Source: an uncultured delta proteobacterium (GTDB lineage Bacteria > Desulfobacterota > Syntrophia > Syntrophales > CAMTWB01). From it: a stretch of DNA of 64,000 bases. Numbering within the stretch: position 1 is the stretch's first letter; each line of letters begins with the position of its first letter. The stretch spans positions 3,507 to 67,506 of the forward strand of contig CAMTWB010000008.1 in the NCBI GenBank assembly GCA_947085375.1. The letters run 5' to 3'. Below are positions 51,928-60,892 of this stretch, one piece after another. The position numbers and the translations under genes are program-made. The notes under the pieces were generated by a model that worked only from the letters and a program-made list of their open reading frames with translations, ran no database searches and was not told where the DNA came from.

Positions 51928-53040
51928 ATGAAAAAAATTAAAATCTTGATCGCCGGTGGAGGAACGGGAGGGCATCTCTTCCCCGGCATTGCCGTAGCGG
52001 AGGAGGTGCAGAGCCGCAACCGAGAGAACGAGGTTCTATTTGTCGGCACCGCCCAAGGGCTGGAAAATACCCTGCTGGCCAAGCTTGGCTTTAAACTCCG
52101 AACCATTACTGTTGGAGGGGTCATTGGTCGAGGGACGGTCAATACAATAAAAAACATTTTTCTCATCCCCCGGAGTATGAATCAGTCGCGCCGGATCATC
52201 AGGGATTTTGAGCCAGATTTAGCGCTCGGGGTGGGGGGATATGCCTCTGGTCCAACCATTCTGGTGGCGAGGTTGGCCGGGATCAAAACAGCAATTGCCG
52301 AGCAGAATGTCCAACCCGGGATTGCTAATCGGATACTGGGGGGTCTTGTCCATAAGGTTTTCATTACCTATCCCGAGACAAGCCGCTGGTTTTCCCCGGC
52401 AAAAACAGTTCTGTGCGGCAATCCGGTGCGCAGTGGGTTTCAACGTGGGCAAGCCTCGGCAAAACCGGCCGGGTCGAAATTTACCCTGCTGGTTTTTGGC
52501 GGCAGCCAAGGGGCCCAAGCGATCAACGAAGCAATGATTGACGCACTTTTCTACCTGAAGGAGTCGGGGTTGAATCTCAGGATTATTCATCAGACCGGCC
52601 AGAAGGACCAGGGGTATGTAACCAAGTCTTATAAAGATCATGGCCAGGATGCCGAGGTGCTTGCTTTTATCAACGACATGCCCCGGGTGATGCGGGAAGC
52701 GGACCTGATAATCTGCCGGGCTGGTGCCACATCCATCGCCGAGATAACATCGTTGGGGAAGGCGGCGATACTCATCCCCTATCCCTTCGCCACCCATGAC
52801 CATCAGACAAAAAACGCCCAGGCGCTGGCGGGACAGGGTGCAGCGGAATTAATTTTGCAGCGGCGGTTAAATGGTCGGGCACTGGCGCAGACTATTGCTA
52901 AATTTTATAATAACCCGGAGAGTCTGTCTTTAATGGAGAAGAATGCCGCTGCTTTGGGTAAGCCTGATGCGGCGGCCTGTATTGTTGACCATCTGCTGGC
53001 AATGATTGCGAACTCTCAAAAAATAGAAGAAAAAGGGTGA
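51928..53040 (+). CDS. murG: UDP-GlcNAc:lipid I N-acetylglucosaminyltransferase MurG
   Basis: MKKIKILIAGGGTGGHLFPGIAVAEE. The upstream 275 codons of track ORF 51103 are an out-of-frame overlap with ftsW and the spacer. Confidence 0.95.
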   Translation: MKKIKILIAGGGTGGHLFPGIAVAEEVQSRNRENEVLFVGTAQGLENTLLAKLGFKLRTITVGGVIGRGTVNTIKNIFLIPRSMNQSRRIIRDFEPDLALGVGGYASGPTILVARLAGIKTAIAEQNVQPGIANRILGGLVHKVFITYPETSRWFSPAKTVLCGNPVRSGFQRGQASAKPAGSKFTLLVFGGSQGAQAINEAMIDALFYLKESGLNLRIIHQTGQKDQGYVTKSYKDHGQDAEVLAFINDMPRVMREADLIICRAGATSIAEITSLGKAAILIPYPFATHDHQTKNAQALAGQGAAELILQRRLNGRALAQTIAKFYNNPESLSLMEKNAAALGKPDAAACIVDHLLAMIANSQKIEEKG

Positions 53041-54449
53041 CGATGAAACATCAGACACTAATAGACCAGATGAGCCGCAAGGTCCGTGGTATCCATTTTG
53101 TTGGTATTGGCGGCATAGGCATGAGCGGCATCGCCCAAGTGTTGCACAACCTGGGGTATCGGGTTACCGGCTCGGACTTAAGCGCCTCAGACACCACCCT
53201 GCGCCTGGCATCATTGGGAATTCCAGTATCCTACGGTCATCAGGCCGCCAACGTAAGCGATGCGGATGTTGTTGTCACCTCGACTGCGGTCAGGCCAAAC
53301 AATCCTGAAGTTCAAGAGGCTCACCGGAGGCTGATCCCGGTCGTGCCCCGGGCGGAGATGCTCGCGGAACTAATGAAAATGAAGTTTTCCATTGCGGTTT
53401 CCGGCAGTCACGGCAAAACCACCACCACCTCGATGATAGCAAGCCTTCTGGCCCACGGCGGGCTTGATCCCACGATGGTCATCGGCGGTAAACTGGCGGC
53501 GATTGGCAGCAATGCCAGGCTGGGCAACGGGGAGATCATCGTCGCGGAAGCGGACGAAAGCGACGGGTCATTTCTCAAGCTTTCCCCATCTCTGGCGGTC
53601 ATAACCAATATCGACCTGGAGCATGTGGACTTTTACCGCAACCTGGAGGAGATAAAAGAGTCGTTTATCAATTTTGCCAACCGGGTGCCCTTTTATGGCT
53701 CCATCGTGTTGTGCGGCGATGACGAAAATATTCGCGCTATCCTGCCTGCGATTAAGAGGAAGTTTATTACCTATGGCATCGATTCCGATTCCGATTTGAA
53801 GGCGGCGGAAATATCTTTTCAGGGAGCAACTTCTATATTTACGCTAAACCTTCGGGGCAGTTTTTTAGGAACGGTAAAACTAAATGCGCCGGGTCTCTTC
53901 AACGTGTACAATGCCTTGGCCGCAATTGCCATATCCTTGGAAATCGATCTTCCTTTGGCTAAGATCATCGCTGGTCTGTCCAGTTTTACTGGCGTTCAGC
54001 GGAGGCTGGAGGTGAAGGGCATAATAAACAAAGTAGCTGTTGTTGATGATTATGGACATCATCCCACGGAAATCAGGGCTACTTTGGCGGCGGCCCGGCA
54101 CATATGGGGCGGAAGGACGTTCGTTGTGTTTCAGCCCCATCGCTACAGCCGTACTAAGGCGCTTTTCCAGGAATTTGCCGCTTCCTTTTCTGACGCCGAC
54201 AGCCTCATCGTAACCGACATCTATCCAGCCGGAGAAGATGCCTTGCCAGGGGTTGACAGTGAAAGGCTTCAGGAGGCCATCAAGAGAAGCGGCCACCGGG
54301 ATGTCATCTATCTTGGCGCCTTTGACCGCATCGTTGACCGCTTGATCGAAGAGGTCCGGCCGGGGGATGTAATTATTACCCTGGGCGCGGGGAGCGTCTG
54401 GAAGGTGGGGGAAGAATATATTTCCCGCGCCACCGGGGCTCGCAAATGA
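53037..54449 (+). CDS. murC: UDP-N-acetylmuramate--L-alanine ligase
   Basis: IHFVGIGGIGMSGIA, VSGSHGKTTTTSM, DDYGHHPTE. Start at GTG 53037 or ATG 53043. Confidence 0.95.
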   Translation: MTMKHQTLIDQMSRKVRGIHFVGIGGIGMSGIAQVLHNLGYRVTGSDLSASDTTLRLASLGIPVSYGHQAANVSDADVVVTSTAVRPNNPEVQEAHRRLIPVVPRAEMLAELMKMKFSIAVSGSHGKTTTTSMIASLLAHGGLDPTMVIGGKLAAIGSNARLGNGEIIVAEADESDGSFLKLSPSLAVITNIDLEHVDFYRNLEEIKESFINFANRVPFYGSIVLCGDDENIRAILPAIKRKFITYGIDSDSDLKAAEISFQGATSIFTLNLRGSFLGTVKLNAPGLFNVYNALAAIAISLEIDLPLAKIIAGLSSFTGVQRRLEVKGIINKVAVVDDYGHHPTEIRATLAAARHIWGGRTFVVFQPHRYSRTKALFQEFAASFSDADSLIVTDIYPAGEDALPGVDSERLQEAIKRSGHRDVIYLGAFDRIVDRLIEEVRPGDVIITLGAGSVWKVGEEYISRATGARK

Positions 54450-55390
54450 TGGAGAATAAGCACCTGCCGTCTGGCAACGCAAAATATTTACGGCTGGAAT
54501 CGCTGGTAACGGCCGGAGTGCTTTTTGCCGAGCCGCTTAAAAACCATACCTCCATGGGCGTGGGAGGACCGGCGGACGTCCTGGCAAAGCCTGCCAACAG
54601 GGAAGAACTTGCTTCGCTGCTCTATTATTTACGAAACCAGTCCATAGCGTTTTTTGTTTTGGGGAATGGGACGAATGTGATTTTTAGAGACGGCGGCTTC
54701 AGGGGTGTGGTAGTATCCTTAAAATGTCTGGCGACGGCGCAGCTATTGGAAACGGGAGAGGAAAAAAGCTTGATACGAGCGGAAGCGGGTCTTGGCCTAA
54801 GAGATCTGGTGGAAATGGCTTGCCGTAACGGATTGGCTGGCTTGGAGTTCTGTGCCGGCATTCCCGGCTCTGTGGGCGGGGCGCTCAAGATGAATGCCGG
54901 CGCCTATGGGCGGGAAATGAAGGATTGCGTCGATAATATATCGATTATCGACAGAGAAGGAGTTGAAAGGAGCCTGGGGAGGCCGGAACTTCAATTTCAT
55001 TATCGGAATCTGCTTTTACCGGCAGGTTCGGTCATTCTGGCGGCTGACTTTATCCTTAAACGGGCAAGAACAGAAGACATTATTTCGCAGGTCAATCATA
55101 ATGTCGCGCAAAGAAGTCAACGGCACCCTCTTCAATATCGCAGCGCCGGCTCTATCTTTAAAAATCCTCCGGGGGAGCCCGCCGGCCGGATTATTGACCG
55201 CTTAGGGCTCAAGGGGCGGCGGGTCGGAGACGCCCAGGTTTCCCTGTTACATGGTAATTTCATTGTTAACCTGGGGCAGGCAAAGGCGCAGGATGTGATT
55301 GACTTAATCGGCCAGATAAAAAAAGCGGTCCAGATCGACACTGGAATATGGCTGGAGGAGGAGGTGGTGATAACGGGAGCAGAAAGTTGA
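54446..55390 (+). CDS. murB: UDP-N-acetylenolpyruvoylglucosamine reductase
   Basis: An FAD-binding PCMH domain (GVGGPADV, LGNGTNV), AGSIFKNP, and the C-terminal domain. Confidence 0.9.
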   Translation: MMENKHLPSGNAKYLRLESLVTAGVLFAEPLKNHTSMGVGGPADVLAKPANREELASLLYYLRNQSIAFFVLGNGTNVIFRDGGFRGVVVSLKCLATAQLLETGEEKSLIRAEAGLGLRDLVEMACRNGLAGLEFCAGIPGSVGGALKMNAGAYGREMKDCVDNISIIDREGVERSLGRPELQFHYRNLLLPAGSVILAADFILKRARTEDIISQVNHNVAQRSQRHPLQYRSAGSIFKNPPGEPAGRIIDRLGLKGRRVGDAQVSLLHGNFIVNLGQAKAQDVIDLIGQIKKAVQIDTGIWLEEEVVITGAES

Positions 55391-55569
55391 CGGCTTCGTA
55401 AAAAGTCCGGATGCGGCGTTGCGCTAAATACCTCCCCCGTTTTCACGGGGGCAGGCTTGCGGCGTACCCAGAAGTACGCCTCATTCCTCATGATTTGCGC
55501 GCCTTGCCTGCGAACTTTTTACAAAGCCGTCCCAACACTCACGTTTTGCCGATTTTTTACGAGGTCATC
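55389..55569 (+). repeat. TIR-bounded intergenic repeat (long form) between murB and ftsQ
   Basis: Left end GACGGCTTCGTAAAAAGT (55389-55406) and right end ACTTTTTACAAAGCCGTC (55514-55531), which are reverse complements with 1 mismatch. Hairpins CCCCCGttttcaCGGGGG and GGCGTACccagaaGTACGCC. An extra end-like GATTTTTTACGAGGTC lies at 55551-55566. Confidence 0.7.
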
Positions 55570-55573
55570 AAAG

Positions 55574-56422
55574 TTGAGATCATCTCTTGGTTATGGATAC
55601 AGGACTAAACTGGCCCGGATCAGACGCAACTGGCCTGATCAAGCCCGGGACATTGGCAAGGCCCTGGGGCTTGTCACGGCAGTTTTTTGCATTGCGTCTT
55701 TACTGGTCTATGGTTTGGCCTGCCTGCTTGCCACTCCCATTCTGGGCATCAGGGGCATTGAAATCAAAGGATTGAATGAACTGACGGAGAAGGATATATA
55801 CCTCCTCACGGAGGTAAGGTTATCTCAGAACGTGTTTTCGGTTAATCTCGATGGCCTGGTAAGAAAAATACAGACGAGCCCGTGGGTCAGGGAGGTATCG
55901 GTCAGCCGGGTACTGCCGGACAAGCTGAAGATTGAAATTGTCGAAAGAAAATCTCTGGCCCTGTTAAAGAAGGATGATTCTTTTTTTCTGGTTGATGAAC
56001 TGGGCCTGGTTTTCAAGGAACTTACCGGCCGGGAACATGCCGATCTTCCCGTGATCAATGGCTGGTCTGAGTATATCCAAGAGGCTTCCGGGTTATCCCT
56101 ACGAAAAATGATTGAACTGGTCTCGCTTTACCATGAGCGGACAGAGCCGCATATCCTGGGCAATCTCGCGGAAGTTCATTTGAGTGATGTTGTCGGGGTA
56201 ACCCTCTTTACCGAGGGGGGCATTTCGGTGTGCCTGGGTTTCGATGATTACCCTGTGAAGCTAACTAGGTTCAAACAGGTGTGGCAGGACCTGACAGAAA
56301 AGGGGATGGGGAAGGGATTTCTCCGGATTGACTTAAGCGATCCAGACAAAGCCAGTGTGGAATGGCGTGAAGTTCGTCCCCCGAAGCTTCAGGTGAATTC
56401 CAAGCGTGGTCTGAGGATTTGA
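55574..56422 (+). CDS. ftsQ: Cell division protein FtsQ (POTRA domain)
   Basis: A TM helix (LGLVTAVFCIASLLVYGLACLL) followed by POTRA (IRGIEIKGLNELTEKDIY...VSVSRVLPDKLKIEIVERK). The start is uncertain: TTG 55574 sits 9 nt after GAGG, while the track start 55457 lies inside the repeat element. Confidence 0.8.
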   Translation: MRSSLGYGYRTKLARIRRNWPDQARDIGKALGLVTAVFCIASLLVYGLACLLATPILGIRGIEIKGLNELTEKDIYLLTEVRLSQNVFSVNLDGLVRKIQTSPWVREVSVSRVLPDKLKIEIVERKSLALLKKDDSFFLVDELGLVFKELTGREHADLPVINGWSEYIQEASGLSLRKMIELVSLYHERTEPHILGNLAEVHLSDVVGVTLFTEGGISVCLGFDDYPVKLTRFKQVWQDLTEKGMGKGFLRIDLSDPDKASVEWREVRPPKLQVNSKRGLRI

Positions 56423-56423
56423 T

Positions 56424-56586
56424 GAAGCGGTAAAAAGTCGGTAAAGCTGTAAATTTTGGGACGGCGCGGTAAAAAGGCCTTGAGGCAAGGCGCGCAAATC
56501 ACGAGGAATGAGGCATACTTCTGGGTACGCCTTGAGTGACGAGGGATTTAGCGCAACGCCGCATCCGGACTTTTTACCGCGTCGTC
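56424..56586 (-). repeat. TIR-bounded intergenic repeat between ftsQ and ftsA, inverted relative to 55389-55531
   Basis: 56546-56577 is the exact reverse complement of 55398-55429 (32 nt). 56483-56531 is the reverse complement of 55461-55509 with 2 mismatches in 49 nt. An extra left-end-like GCGGTAAAAAGTC lies at 56427-56439. Confidence 0.75.
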
Positions 56587-56632
56587 AAGACTTGAGAGAA
56601 TAACAGGGAACGGGAAAGGCGGAACTTAATTA

Positions 56633-57841
56633 ATGGCCCGAAAAAGTAAAGATTATTTAGTGGCTCTGGATATCGGCAGCACCAAGGTTTTGGCGATGGT
56701 GGGACAGCCGGCGGCCGATGGTGTCGAGATTCTGGGTATGGGTACTGCCGTCGCCGATGGCTGCCGACGCGGAGTAGTAGTAAATATTGAAAGCACAATC
56801 GAGGCTATAAAAGGTGCGGTGGAAGAGGCCGAGAAGTCCTCAGGATGCAGTATCCGGGAGGTCTATGTTAACATTGCAGGCGACCATATCCGGGGCCAGA
56901 ACAGCCAAGGTATCGGCGCCGTCCGGGGAGAGGACATCGATCATGAGGATGTGCAGGGAACCATCGAAGCGGCCAAGGCGATTGCCATACCCAGAGACAG
57001 GCAGATTCTGCATTGTCTGCCGCAGAGTTTTGCTGTTGATGGCCTGGATGACATTGCCGATCCCATTGGTATGACCGGTGTCCGTCTGGAGGTCCGCGCT
57101 TATATCATTACCTGTGCGGTGGCGGCGTTTCAGAATGTAACCCGGGCAACCTCCCGGATGGGATTGGATGTCGTGGACGTAGTTTTACAGCAACTGGCCA
57201 CCGGCGAAGCTGTTTTGAGCCACGACGAGCGCGACTTGGGAGTAGGCCTGGTCGATATCGGCGGCGAAACCACTGATATTGCCATTTTCAACAGGGGAAG
57301 CATCAAACATGTCACCACCCTCCCCCTGGGGGGCAGGTATGTTACAAGTGATATTGCCACCGGTTTGAGAACGCCCGTGAGCGAGGCGGAAAAGATCAAG
57401 ATTAATTATGGCTGTGCCCATCTTCCATTGATTGACGGTGACGAGATGATCGATGTTCCCAGTGTTGGCGGCCGGGAGCCAAGGCAGGTATCACGGCATG
57501 TCCTGGTGAGAATTGTGGAGCCACGGGTGCAGGAGATACTCAGTTTGGCCAGCAAGGAGATAATAAGGGCCGGCTACGATGACCTCCTGGCGGCCGGGGT
57601 TGTCTTAACCGGTGGCACGGCGCTGATTGGCGGCATCGCTGAACTGGCCGAGCAGGTTTTCAACATGCCGGCCCGGCAGGGTTACCCCCAGGGCGGCATG
57701 GGGGTGAACCTGGATCCATCAAATGCCACCGCATTTGGTCTGATCCTCTATGGCTGCCAAACCATGAAAAGGGATGTCTCGGTCAGGGCCAAATCAAGGT
57801 ACCTGGCTAATTTGATGAAATGGTTTAAAAAGCTTTCTTAA
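56633..57841 (+). CDS. ftsA: Cell division protein FtsA
   Basis: LVALDIGSTKV, an actin-like ATPase fold (VDIGGETTDIA), and a C-terminal amphipathic tail. Confidence 0.95.
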   Translation: MARKSKDYLVALDIGSTKVLAMVGQPAADGVEILGMGTAVADGCRRGVVVNIESTIEAIKGAVEEAEKSSGCSIREVYVNIAGDHIRGQNSQGIGAVRGEDIDHEDVQGTIEAAKAIAIPRDRQILHCLPQSFAVDGLDDIADPIGMTGVRLEVRAYIITCAVAAFQNVTRATSRMGLDVVDVVLQQLATGEAVLSHDERDLGVGLVDIGGETTDIAIFNRGSIKHVTTLPLGGRYVTSDIATGLRTPVSEAEKIKINYGCAHLPLIDGDEMIDVPSVGGREPRQVSRHVLVRIVEPRVQEILSLASKEIIRAGYDDLLAAGVVLTGGTALIGGIAELAEQVFNMPARQGYPQGGMGVNLDPSNATAFGLILYGCQTMKRDVSVRAKSRYLANLMKWFKKLS

Positions 57842-57862
57842 TAAAGCCTGAGGGAGGTTGTA

Positions 57863-59011
57863 ATGTTTGAATTGGCAGATCCGGGATCATGTGGCAGCGC
57901 TAAAATCAAGGTTATTGGCATCGGCGGCGGCGGCGGCAATGCTATCAACACAATGATTTCCTATAACCTGCGGGGCGTGGACTTTGTTGTCGCCAATACC
58001 GATGCCCAGGCGCTGGGGCTTTCGCTTGCAGTCAACAGAGTGCAACTGGGCGCCGATATAACCAAAGGATTGGGAGCAGGCTCCAATCCAGAGACCGGCA
58101 AAAGGGCCGCTATCGAATCCCGTGATGTCCTCAGGCGCCACGTCGAGGGTGCCGATATGGTTTTCATCACCGTTGGGCAGGGTGGCGGCACCGGCACCGG
58201 CGGCGCTCCCATTGTGGCGGAGATTGCCAAGGAATCAGGCGCCCTTACAATTGCTATTGTTACCAAACCGTTCATCTTTGAGGGCAAGAGGCGAAATCAG
58301 CAGGCCGAGGCGGGCATCGCCGAGTTGCGAAAAATAGTGGACACGATCATCGTCATTCCCAACCAGCGCCTTTTGGCCATGGCCGGGAGGGATGTGCCGC
58401 TCCTGGAAGCCTTTAAGATGACTGATGATATCCTTTACCAGGCAGTAAAGGGCATCTCCGACCTCCTCATAATTCCCGGTTTGATTAACTTGGACTTTGC
58501 CGATGTGAAGAGCATCATGAGCGAAATGGGCCTGGCTCTCATGGGCACCGGTGTGGCCTCAGGCGAGGACCGAGCCGTAACCGCAGCGAGAAATGCCATA
58601 TCGTCGCCGCTTTTAGAAGATAATTCGATCCAGGGCGCCCGAGGTGTGCTGCTCAATATTACCGGCGGGCCAAACATGACCCTCCATGAAATTAACGAGG
58701 CCTCAACGCTCATTAAGGCTGAGACCCATGAAGAGGCCAATATTATCTTCGGCACGGCGGTCGATCCCGCCCTTACCGACGAGATTCGGGTAACGGTGAT
58801 CGCCACCGGTTTTGAGAACGCCAAGGAAAAAATCCAGGCCATGCCTACCCTGGCCGCAGTCGGGGGCTATAAGCGGGGGGACCTGTCAGTCCCAACCTTC
58901 ATCAGGAATGAACAGACAGTAAACGGGCGGGGAGTAAGCGCGGATTTTTCTGATGATGAGCTATACAGGGATCTGGAAAAGCCGGCCTTCCTCCGCAGGC
59001 AGGCGGATTGA
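57863..59011 (+). CDS. ftsZ: Cell division GTPase FtsZ
   Basis: IKVIGIGGGGGNAIN, the tubulin signature GGGTGTGGAP, and the C-terminal peptide KPAFLRRQ. Confidence 0.97.
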   Translation: MFELADPGSCGSAKIKVIGIGGGGGNAINTMISYNLRGVDFVVANTDAQALGLSLAVNRVQLGADITKGLGAGSNPETGKRAAIESRDVLRRHVEGADMVFITVGQGGGTGTGGAPIVAEIAKESGALTIAIVTKPFIFEGKRRNQQAEAGIAELRKIVDTIIVIPNQRLLAMAGRDVPLLEAFKMTDDILYQAVKGISDLLIIPGLINLDFADVKSIMSEMGLALMGTGVASGEDRAVTAARNAISSPLLEDNSIQGARGVLLNITGGPNMTLHEINEASTLIKAETHEEANIIFGTAVDPALTDEIRVTVIATGFENAKEKIQAMPTLAAVGGYKRGDLSVPTFIRNEQTVNGRGVSADFSDDELYRDLEKPAFLRRQAD

Positions 59012-59020
59012 GGCTGGTTC

Positions 59021-60733
59021 TTGCCGGTTGGCGCGGCAGCTTATAAGTTAATGGTTAGATCGCTGCAAGATAAATACCGGGAGATCCTGTCCCGTGAAAA
59101 GGGTCTGATACGAAGACCAGGTCCGGAAGAGGTAAGAGTCTGTCTGGCCTACCCCAATCTCTACCGGACGGGCATGTCCAATCTTGGCTTCCAGACCATC
59201 TATAAACTGTTCAACAGCCTGCCCGGCCTCTACTGTGACCGGGTATTTTTACCCGAGCCGCCGGAGGAAGAGGAACTTCTCCGGAGAGGCTCGGTTCTTG
59301 TTTCACTCGAAACCCAGCGTCCCCTCAGGGATTTCGATATCCTGGCCTTTTCCCTGGCCTTCGAGGGGGATTGTCTCAATATTCTCAAAATTCTCAGTCT
59401 GGGAAGAATTGCCCTCAAGAGTAATGACCGCCCGGACGATGCGCCCCTGATTATGGGTGGCGGAGTGGCGGTTACCCTGAACCCGGAGCCGCTGGCCGAC
59501 TTTTTTGATCTTTTTCTCATTGGCGAGGGGGAGGAACTATTGCCGCAGTTCTACCGGCGGTACCTGGAACTAGGCAAAAGCCTTCCCCGGGACGAGCTTT
59601 TGCTTGCCATCCAGCGGGAAGTCGAAGGCGTTTATGTGCCTGCCTGTTATGGGATTTGGGGAGAAGACCCCCACCGTTTAGTTCCGCTTCATCCCAATCT
59701 GCCCCCAAGAATCAGGAGACGCTGGGTTTCTGAACTCGACCGCTGCCCGACCGAAGAGTGCATCGATACCACCGGCGCGGAATTTAGCGATATGTTTCTC
59801 ATGGAAGTCAACCGTGGTTGCGGCCGGGGCTGCCGTTTCTGCGCCGCGGGCTACCTGTACCGTCCGGTTCGGTTCCGCTCTCTGCTGGCACTGGCGGATT
59901 CCCTGGCCCGGGGGGTGGGGCAAAAAGGAAAGGTGGGACTAATCGGCACAGCTGTCTCTGATCACCCTGAATTGGCGGCCATCTGCGGAGCCATCCTCGA
60001 TGCGGGCGGGCAACTGGGAATAGGATCTCTCAGGATCGACCGGATTAGTGCGGATATCCTGGAAAAACTAAAGGCCGGCGGCCTGGAAACCCTCGCCCTG
60101 GCGCCGGAGGCGGGAACGGAACGTCTGCGGCAGGTGATCAGGAAAGGAATCAGCGAAGAAGATATACGTCGGGCGGTGGAGCTGTTGATGGAGCATGATA
60201 TCCTTAATATCCGCTTGTACTTCATGATTGGTCTGCCTACGGAAACGGAAGATGATATTCAGGGGATAATAGATCTTACCCGCGCAATAAAGCGCTGGGC
60301 TGGGGAGTATTCGGGCAAAACCCGGAGATTCAGAAGAATAACTCTCAGCATCAATCAGTTTATCCCGAAACCAGCTACCCCTTTCCAATGGTTGCCACTG
60401 GCAAATATCGGCTCGGTGAAGAAGAAACTTATGGTCATCGAACAGGCCTTCAAACGGGATGCGATTGTTAAAATCATCCATGACCCGCCGCGTTGGAATT
60501 ATATCCAGGCCCTGCTTTCCCTGGGTGATCGGCGGGCAGGGGAACTTCTCCTGGCGGCCCATCGAGTCAAAGGCCGCTGGCCCCAAGCGATACGCCAAAG
60601 CGGCATTAATCCGGACGATTATGTTTACCGGCGAAAATCCTACCAAGAAGTCCTCCCCTGGGAAATCATCGATCAGGGAATAGAGCAGGAGTTTCTGATA
60701 AGGGAGTGCGCGAAGGCATTGGGTGAAAGGTGA
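59021..60733 (+). CDS. Radical SAM protein with N-terminal B12-binding-like domain (divergent TIGR03960-like)
   Basis: The CxxxCxxC motif in NRGCGRGCRFCAAGYLYRP, and paralogous to 62648->64000. Start at TTG 59021 or ATG 59051. Confidence 0.8.
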   Translation: MPVGAAAYKLMVRSLQDKYREILSREKGLIRRPGPEEVRVCLAYPNLYRTGMSNLGFQTIYKLFNSLPGLYCDRVFLPEPPEEEELLRRGSVLVSLETQRPLRDFDILAFSLAFEGDCLNILKILSLGRIALKSNDRPDDAPLIMGGGVAVTLNPEPLADFFDLFLIGEGEELLPQFYRRYLELGKSLPRDELLLAIQREVEGVYVPACYGIWGEDPHRLVPLHPNLPPRIRRRWVSELDRCPTEECIDTTGAEFSDMFLMEVNRGCGRGCRFCAAGYLYRPVRFRSLLALADSLARGVGQKGKVGLIGTAVSDHPELAAICGAILDAGGQLGIGSLRIDRISADILEKLKAGGLETLALAPEAGTERLRQVIRKGISEEDIRRAVELLMEHDILNIRLYFMIGLPTETEDDIQGIIDLTRAIKRWAGEYSGKTRRFRRITLSINQFIPKPATPFQWLPLANIGSVKKKLMVIEQAFKRDAIVKIIHDPPRWNYIQALLSLGDRRAGELLLAAHRVKGRWPQAIRQSGINPDDYVYRRKSYQEVLPWEIIDQGIEQEFLIRECAKALGER

Positions 60734-60868
60734 CGACGCGGTAAAAAGTAAAAAGACCCCCCTCTCCCTTGATGGGAGAGGGTTGGGGTGAGGGTGAAAA
60801 TAGCCGATCTTTAAAGATTTATTTCCCCTCCCACCAAGGGAGTGGATAAAGGGGAGTTTTTACCGCAT
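60732..60868. repeat. TIR-bounded intergenic repeat (GTAAAAAGT family) between convergent genes
   Basis: Left end GACGACGCGGTAAAAAGT (60732-60749) and right end AGTTTTTACCGC (60855-60866). Internal hairpin CCTCTCCCttgatGGGAGAGG. Confidence 0.6.
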
Positions 60869-60892
60869 CATATTTCGTATCCTAAGATGTCC

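Noticed and set aside
51103-53040. A 645-aa ORF suggesting an N-terminally extended or fused MurG
   Set aside because: The first ~275 codons are an alternative frame over ftsW and the repeat-rich spacer, with nonsense-like composition. MurG clearly starts at ATG 51928 (MKKIKILIAGGGTGGH).
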